32,000 nt of DNA from Candidatus Nitrospira inopinata (lineage in GTDB: Bacteria; Nitrospirota; Nitrospiria; Nitrospirales; Nitrospiraceae): NCBI RefSeq assembly GCF_001458695.1, contig NZ_LN885086.1:780001-812000 (forward strand). The letters are read 5' to 3'. Below, in pieces: positions 27,328-32,000 of this stretch; position 1 is the first letter of the stretch, and every line of letters begins with the position of its first letter. Made by a program: the position numbers and the translations under genes. Below the pieces are notes generated by a model. The model searched no databases. It saw only the letters and a list, made by a program, of their open reading frames with translations, and was not told the DNA's origin.

Positions 27328-28476
27328 GTGAATTTGTCATGGTTGAGGCAAAGAAGCCCAAATGTCGCTCGATACCGGCGTTGCGGACACCTGGCCGACT
27401 CACCAAGCCCTTTACGACAAACTTGCCCCATAGTAAACGCTCCTGCGACAATCCTGTCACAATTCATCAAGTTGCATGGTCTGGCAACAAGTCTGCTCTT
27501 TCTCCTCTTGGGTACTGCATCTCCCGCAATGGCCGTGCCTCCCAATATCGGCTGGTCCGTCACAAGCGGGGGGTCGTTGTTCTATACCGATGATGTCGCT
27601 CTCTTTTCGGCCACCCGACGATCAAGCCTGGATGGTGATCCCTCACAGCCTGTCTTGGACGTCTCTCGGACCGGCATCGGCAAAGACATGGTCTTCGAGC
27701 CGTACGTCCGCGTATCCAAGTTGCTTCCATCTTCCTTCGGAGAAACAGAGCTTTCAGCGCGGGTGCGCGGATTTGTCTATGCGAAAAACCCCGAGTTCAG
27801 CCAAGGCTCGGTGTATCTCGAAGCCATCCACGGCTTCACACCCCAGACGATCCTCAGACTCAGATACTTCACAGCTCCTGATCAACTGCTCGGACAGACC
27901 GAACTGCATGGATCCGAAGCGAACCTCCAAGACATGCGTGTTACTTCCCATCTGGGTACCATCCGGCTGGATCATCGCCTCTCCGAACATTGGGAAATCC
28001 AACTGCTCGGACGGGCCGGGATTCGCCGTTTCAATGACCCTTTTGCCCATCGCGATACCTTGTTGTGGCGGGTTGGCCCGCATCTTTTGTATCACGTCAA
28101 CCACCACGCAAGGGTGATTCTGGGCTATCACTATGAGCAAGGTCTGGCCGAAGGACGCCACGAGATTGAGCTTCATGATGACGTTTCCTATAGACATCAC
28201 TTCGCGTCCATCGGCCTCGAGATGGACCTGTTGGAACATTTGGAGCTCGAATTGGACTTTCATTACGAGCGCAACAACTTTACGACCGGCAATCCGGAGG
28301 ACGAGCGGTTTGACGGGCATGAAAACATCTTCATCGGAAGTGGCAGACTTTCCCTGCAGGTGACCGACCATGCTGCCCTGACCCTCACGGTTCAACGATC
28401 CAATCGCAACCAGAATTTTCACCAGACGCATGACCATAACACCAATGTCTCGCTGGGAGTGATCTATCGGTTTTGA
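27328..28476 (+). CDS. histidine-rich outer-membrane beta-barrel protein
   Basis: The signal-like segment is GLATSLLFLLLGTASPAMA|VPP. Amphipathic beta-strands alternate throughout, and the C-terminus VSLGVIYRF-stop is an OMP-type terminal aromatic. The start is ambiguous: ATG 27193, GTG 27328 (GGGAGG 12 nt upstream) or TTG 27472 just before the signal peptide. Confidence 0.6.
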   Translation: MNLSWLRQRSPNVARYRRCGHLADSPSPLRQTCPIVNAPATILSQFIKLHGLATSLLFLLLGTASPAMAVPPNIGWSVTSGGSLFYTDDVALFSATRRSSLDGDPSQPVLDVSRTGIGKDMVFEPYVRVSKLLPSSFGETELSARVRGFVYAKNPEFSQGSVYLEAIHGFTPQTILRLRYFTAPDQLLGQTELHGSEANLQDMRVTSHLGTIRLDHRLSEHWEIQLLGRAGIRRFNDPFAHRDTLLWRVGPHLLYHVNHHARVILGYHYEQGLAEGRHEIELHDDVSYRHHFASIGLEMDLLEHLELELDFHYERNNFTTGNPEDERFDGHENIFIGSGRLSLQVTDHAALTLTVQRSNRNQNFHQTHDHNTNVSLGVIYRF

Positions 28477-28500
28477 CCACTGCGCGCTGGAGGGTGAGCC

Positions 28501-28608
28501 ATGAGCACTTATGAAGAGGGATGGCGACGTTATGAAACCCATGGTTGGTCTGAGAATCAGATCCCGGAACATGGACTTCTGACACCTTCAACAGATGCTT
28601 GGTCGTGA
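28501..28608 (+). CDS. candidate 35-aa Trp-rich micro-protein
   Basis: It is not in the ORF track. The sequence is MSTYEEGWRRYETHGWSENQIPEHGLLTPSTDAWS. SD GGAGGG lies at 28489-28494, 6 nt before the ATG. Its stop is 3 nt before the next gene's ATG. No homology was recognised. Confidence 0.3.
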   Translation: MSTYEEGWRRYETHGWSENQIPEHGLLTPSTDAWS

Positions 28609-28611
28609 CTA

Positions 28612-29196
28612 ATGATGCTCCGCAGCAACGATCCTCACCTTCAAGACCTCCGGAGGAGGAGCCTCTTGTTTAGAACACTGACGTTCGCAGCCCTCTGCTG
28701 CTCGCTCGTGGCTTGTCATCGTACGTTCGGCATTCCCAGAGATCTGGTGAGGGATCTGCCTGCATTGGCCTCCGTTCGATCCGTGTACATCGAGGACTTG
28801 ACCCATGGGGAAGACCCCCATCTTGTGGAGGGATCGGACCTCGTCAAAGAAAAGATCAACCAAAAGCTGACCCAATCTGGCCGCTTTGCGATCGTGGATC
28901 GTCCGGATCTGGCCGATGCCCTGTTGACGGGCGTGGCCGGTTTTCAACGGTGGTACTTTGGGATGGAGAGTTTTTTTGGATTGGAGGGCAGCCTCAACAC
29001 CCAATATGCGGGGATTGGCATGGTTCGCCTCCTTGATGCGAAAACCAAACGACCCATCTGGACTCACGAGTATGAGACAGGTTTGTTCCATCCGACCCAA
29101 CCGGTGGTGGACCGGGTCGCCAACCAGATAGCCGAGAAATTGCTGGCTGATGCGGCTCTTGCGGCAGAGCGAGGGGCCTCTCCGCCCCGGCAATGA
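28612..29196 (+). CDS. hypothetical lipoprotein
   Basis: 194 aa with the lipobox SLVA|C after RRRSLLFRTLTFAALC. The mature domain (...QSGRFAIVDRPDLADALLTGV...) resembles small periplasmic lipoprotein folds, but I cannot name a family. Confidence 0.6.
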   Translation: MMLRSNDPHLQDLRRRSLLFRTLTFAALCCSLVACHRTFGIPRDLVRDLPALASVRSVYIEDLTHGEDPHLVEGSDLVKEKINQKLTQSGRFAIVDRPDLADALLTGVAGFQRWYFGMESFFGLEGSLNTQYAGIGMVRLLDAKTKRPIWTHEYETGLFHPTQPVVDRVANQIAEKLLADAALAAERGASPPRQ

Positions 29197-29327
29197 ATCG
29201 GCGCTCTCTTGAGCCCGCTTCTTGAACCGTCCCCACAACTTTTTTCATGCGAACCAGCAGTTGTGAGAGGCTTTCTCTGGCTTCTCTATGACCCGCCGGC
29301 TGAGGCTCTTACGGGGGAGTTGAGAAA

Positions 29328-30338
29328 ATGGGGGGGCGTAATTATAATCCTTCCGCTATGTTGTTAGCTTCAAAAGGGATGACAACAACCGTTTTTGAGC
29401 ATGGTGACAACATGATCCATTTCAATCCTGGACACCGATCAACTTTGCTCGGACTGGCGACTGTATTGTTGGGAATGCTGATCGCTACTCCTTCCCAAAG
29501 TCTTGCCGAGATGCCGAAACATACCGAGACATGCGTGGCAGTCAGTGAACAGGACATTGCCGCTCTCTTTGATCGTTGGAATGAGTCCCTCAAGACCGGT
29601 GATCCCCATAAGGTCGTCGCAAATTATGCCCCAAAGTCTGTCCTCCTCCCGACCCTGTCGGGCAAGGCCCGTTTCACGCCGCAAGAAAAGGAGGACTATT
29701 TTCATCACTTCCTTCAGAATCAGCCAGAAGGACGCATTGATTCCCGAACCATCGAACTTGACTGCAACATGGCCATCGACGAGGGGCTTTATACTTTTGC
29801 CTTTAAGAAGACCGGCGCCGTCGCAAAGGCTCGATATACGTTTGCCTACAAGTGGGACGGCAAACAATGGTTGATCACGAGCCATCATTCGTCGGCATTG
29901 CCCTCTGAACAAACCCCTCTGGACGAGCCTGTCCGTGCTGTTGCACAGCATGCAGAAGTGTGCGTAGCAGTCAGCGAAAAGGAAATCGACGCTCTGCTTG
30001 AGCGGTGGAAGGACTCTCTCCAGAGCGGGAATCCTCATAAGGTGATCGCTCACTACGCCTCTAAATCCGTCCTTCTTCCATTCTCTTCAATGAAACCTCT
30101 CTTGACGCTCGACGAGAAGGAAGAGTACTTCCGTCATTTTCTCAAGGAAAAGCCGCTGGTCCGCATCAACTCCCATACCATCGAACTGGATTGCAATACG
30201 GCCATCAATGAAGGGTTCTATACCTACACCTTTCAAAAAAGCGGGCGGATCGTGAACGCGCGATACAGCGTCGTGTTCAAGTGGGACGGCCTCCAATGGT
30301 TGATCACGAGCGATCATTCATCAGTCTTGCCCCGTTAA
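29328..30338 (+). CDS. secreted protein with two tandem iota-carbonic-anhydrase-like (CaMKII-AD / SnoaL-NTF2-like, COG4875-type) domains
   Basis: 336 aa with SD GGGGAG 8 nt before ATG 29328. An alternative start is ATG 29412 (MIHF...). The signal peptide is STLLGLATVLLGMLIATPSQSLA|E. Each of the two gapless homologous domains ends in WLITS(H/D)HSS.LP, which is like the HHSS motif of iota-CA family members as I remember it. Confidence 0.8.
   Translation: MGGRNYNPSAMLLASKGMTTTVFEHGDNMIHFNPGHRSTLLGLATVLLGMLIATPSQSLAEMPKHTETCVAVSEQDIAALFDRWNESLKTGDPHKVVANYAPKSVLLPTLSGKARFTPQEKEDYFHHFLQNQPEGRIDSRTIELDCNMAIDEGLYTFAFKKTGAVAKARYTFAYKWDGKQWLITSHHSSALPSEQTPLDEPVRAVAQHAEVCVAVSEKEIDALLERWKDSLQSGNPHKVIAHYASKSVLLPFSSMKPLLTLDEKEEYFRHFLKEKPLVRINSHTIELDCNTAINEGFYTYTFQKSGRIVNARYSVVFKWDGLQWLITSDHSSVLPR
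29532..30332 (+). repeat. intragenic tandem domain duplication (2 x 372 nt, offset 429 nt)
   Basis: Residues 69-192 (nt 29532-29903) and 212-335 (nt 29961-30332) align without gaps. I count 76/124 identical residues by hand (about 61%). Confidence 0.9.
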
Positions 30339-30712
30339 TCGACTGTACAGGGCCGAACCTGCCGAGAGCGAACTGATTTCATGAGCGACTGCTCGCGGCC
30401 TCTATCGAGACAGCGGGTACGACAACACTGTCTCAGGCCACACTAAGCCAGCCACGGGATCTTTCCCGCAAGGTTCCTCATAGAAAAACTGACACAGAAC
30501 GATTGAAAGGCACGGCTCTACGGCATGCCGTCTTTGGTGCGTTTGATGCGCCTCTTCTTCCTAAATACAAAGAAAGGGGCGGCATTTGTCTGGTGACGAG
30601 ATCGCTGATTCGCAGATGTAGATTTTTTTTTGACAAGCGAATGTAAACTACAGCCCTTCCAATCGTAGCTGCACCGCTTCGACCGCTGGTTTATACGGAA
30701 GGGGGAGAGATC

Positions 30713-31564
30713 ATGCTCATCATGCTGTGGGAATTCATAGTTGTTATGGCATTGTTACTGCCGGCAGCAGGTTTGTATGCAGGGGAGGGGGAAGCACTCA
30801 CATGGAGTTACGATGGCGAACGGGGGCCGCTGCATTGGGGGAAGCTTAGCCCGGAGTTTGCTCTCTGCGAGAAAGGTATGGCGCAATCGCCGATCGATTT
30901 ATTGCGTAGCCACAGGATTGCGCTGGATGAAATCCAGTTTTCCTATAAAGATGCGCCGTTCCACATCGTCAACAATGGGCATACACTGTCGGAAATCGAA
31001 CCCCTTTCAGAAACGGCCAAATCTCGATACCCCAGACATGGGCAGACCGTCTTGCACTTCGATAAGGACAGCACCATCGTGTTCGACGGAGACCTCTACC
31101 TCCTGGAGCAATTCCATTTTCATGCTCCCAGCGAGCACACCATCGATCAGAGACACTATCCCTTGGAGTTGCATCTGGTTCACCATAACGAGCGTCATGA
31201 AGCGGCCGTCGTCGCCGTGTTCATCCAGGAGGGACAGCACAATCCGTTTTTTGAGAAATTCCTGGACCATGCTCCTCACAAGGTCGGAGAATTCATTGAG
31301 GACAAGGAACATCTGATCAATCCGGAGACGCTCTTGCCCAAAAGCCGGACCTACTACCGTTATTACGGATCCTATACCACCCCGCCGTGCCATGAAGGCG
31401 TCGTATGGGCCGTGATGCATGAACCCATTGAAGTTTCAACCGAACAGGTTCGACGTTTTCGGGCCCTCATGGGACATGACAACGCACGACCGACACAACC
31501 GTTGCATAAGCGTTTTGTTTTGGACTCCAGCCTGGCACTCCCAAACGCTCATACCAAACGTTAA
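30713..31564 (+). CDS. alpha-class carbonic anhydrase, periplasmic
   Basis: 283 aa with SD GGGGGAG upstream and a signal peptide (LLLPAAGLYAG). Motifs are WSYDGERGPLHW, SPIDL, NNGHT, the Zn ligands in QFHFHAPSEH and ELHLVH, and YYRYYGSYTTPPC. The Cys pair (LCEKG / PPCHEG) is typical of bacterial alpha-CAs. Confidence 0.95.
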   Translation: MLIMLWEFIVVMALLLPAAGLYAGEGEALTWSYDGERGPLHWGKLSPEFALCEKGMAQSPIDLLRSHRIALDEIQFSYKDAPFHIVNNGHTLSEIEPLSETAKSRYPRHGQTVLHFDKDSTIVFDGDLYLLEQFHFHAPSEHTIDQRHYPLELHLVHHNERHEAAVVAVFIQEGQHNPFFEKFLDHAPHKVGEFIEDKEHLINPETLLPKSRTYYRYYGSYTTPPCHEGVVWAVMHEPIEVSTEQVRRFRALMGHDNARPTQPLHKRFVLDSSLALPNAHTKR

Positions 31565-31595
31565 CGCTCGCGGCTCTCTTTAGAAAGGCTCTCGA

Positions 31596-31619
31596 TCCGC
31601 CGCCCCACAGGACGGCGGA
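31596..31619 (+). terminator. hairpin downstream of the alpha-CA gene
   Basis: tccgccg (31596-31602), 10-nt loop, cggcgga (31613-31619). No U-tract follows. Confidence 0.2.
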
Positions 31620-31739
31620 CGGCCGCTCGTACCCTCCTCGATGTCAGGCAATCTGCCGAGGCCCCCCTACGTTTGGGGCATTGCGGAACCATCCGTGGAT
31701 CGGTCATAACTGGCGCGTCCCTGGAGTACAGGCCCATCG

Positions 31740-31964
31740 ATGGCTCAAATCATCAATCTCAGCGAACACGCCAGCGACGAGGACGTTCACTATCTGACGT
31801 CTCTTCTGATTTACCATCTGGTCGAACGTTGCGGGGGGCAGTTGCAATTTACCCTTCAAGAGGTTCGACAGATCCGCGACAGCCTCGCGACCAAGATGGT
31901 GCAAATCCAGCTCGGCAACGACGTGCGCCTCCGCATCATCGACCGCCTACCGGAGCTGCGGTAG
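31740..31964 (+). CDS. hypothetical 74-aa protein
   Basis: The ORF has plausible composition (MAQIINLSEHASDEDVHYLTSLLIYHLVERCGG...). It has no convincing SD (GGAG lies 13 nt upstream) and I recognised no family. Confidence 0.3.
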   Translation: MAQIINLSEHASDEDVHYLTSLLIYHLVERCGGQLQFTLQEVRQIRDSLATKMVQIQLGNDVRLRIIDRLPELR

Positions 31965-32000
31965 CCGACGACTCTTTTGGAGCTTCCTCCCCTCCAGAGG

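Noticed and set aside
30520-30531. A perfect 12-bp palindrome, acggcatgccgt, and a 7-bp stem (gagacag/ctgtctc, 30407-30434) lie in the spacer between the iota-CA-like and alpha-CA genes.
   Set aside because: The palindrome has no loop, so it is unlikely to act as an RNA hairpin, and there is no U-tract. They may be protein-binding sites, but nothing supports that.
30623-30635. A run of nine T followed by a perfect TTGACA lies upstream of the alpha-CA gene, a possible UP element plus -35.
   Set aside because: No acceptable -10 hexamer lies 16-18 nt downstream (agccct, gccctt, cccttc), so I could not support a promoter call.
1-32000. I searched by eye for CRISPR repeats, tRNA/rRNA genes, IS elements, integrases and phage genes, including at the borders of the low-GC block.
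   Set aside because: I found none. No regularly spaced repeats, no transposase- or integrase-like ORFs and no cloverleaf-like intergenic segments were visible. A tool-based scan is still needed to exclude small RNAs.

Overview
This is a densely coding, GC-rich segment (about 60-63% in spot counts) from a diderm bacterium. I cannot assign a taxon without a search. I saw no rRNA, tRNA, CRISPR array, transposase or integrase.

**Left third (400-10938, mostly minus strand).** It holds a DUF1232 protein, an AEC-family permease, an HTH/Zn-ribbon regulator, a small lipoprotein and a DUF1295 membrane protein. It also holds a 1105-aa PAS-PAS hybrid histidine kinase with two receivers and no HPt, a REC-GAF-HisKA_3 kinase whose receiver has lost every catalytic residue, and the ABC-F factor EttA.

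**Middle (11251-19934, plus strand).** This is a Tad/Flp pilus operon. It starts with a 52-aa Flp pilin that falls below the ORF-track cutoff. The rest runs cpaB/rcpC, cpaC/rcpA secretin, small lipoprotein, tadE-like, tadG-like, a short cpaE/tadZ, cpaF/tadA, tadB, tadC. No prepilin peptidase is present in the window. An orphan plus-strand intrinsic terminator lies upstream of flp.

**22-25 kb.** A Tat-signal flavin amine oxidase and a SYLF/Ysc84 protein are followed by a minus-strand DUF2294(MpsC-like)-selO-esterase operon.

**Right end (about 25.5-31.6 kb), the most interesting part.** This block has visibly lower GC (43-53% in spot counts). It encodes an SbtA-family bicarbonate-type permease, a histidine-rich beta-barrel outer-membrane protein, a Trp-rich 35-aa micro-ORF and a lipoprotein. 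It also encodes a secreted protein made of two tandem iota-carbonic-anhydrase-like (CaMKII-AD/NTF2-like) domains and a secreted alpha-carbonic anhydrase. I interpret it as a possibly horizontally acquired, envelope-spanning inorganic-carbon capture module. To my knowledge this arrangement has not been described.
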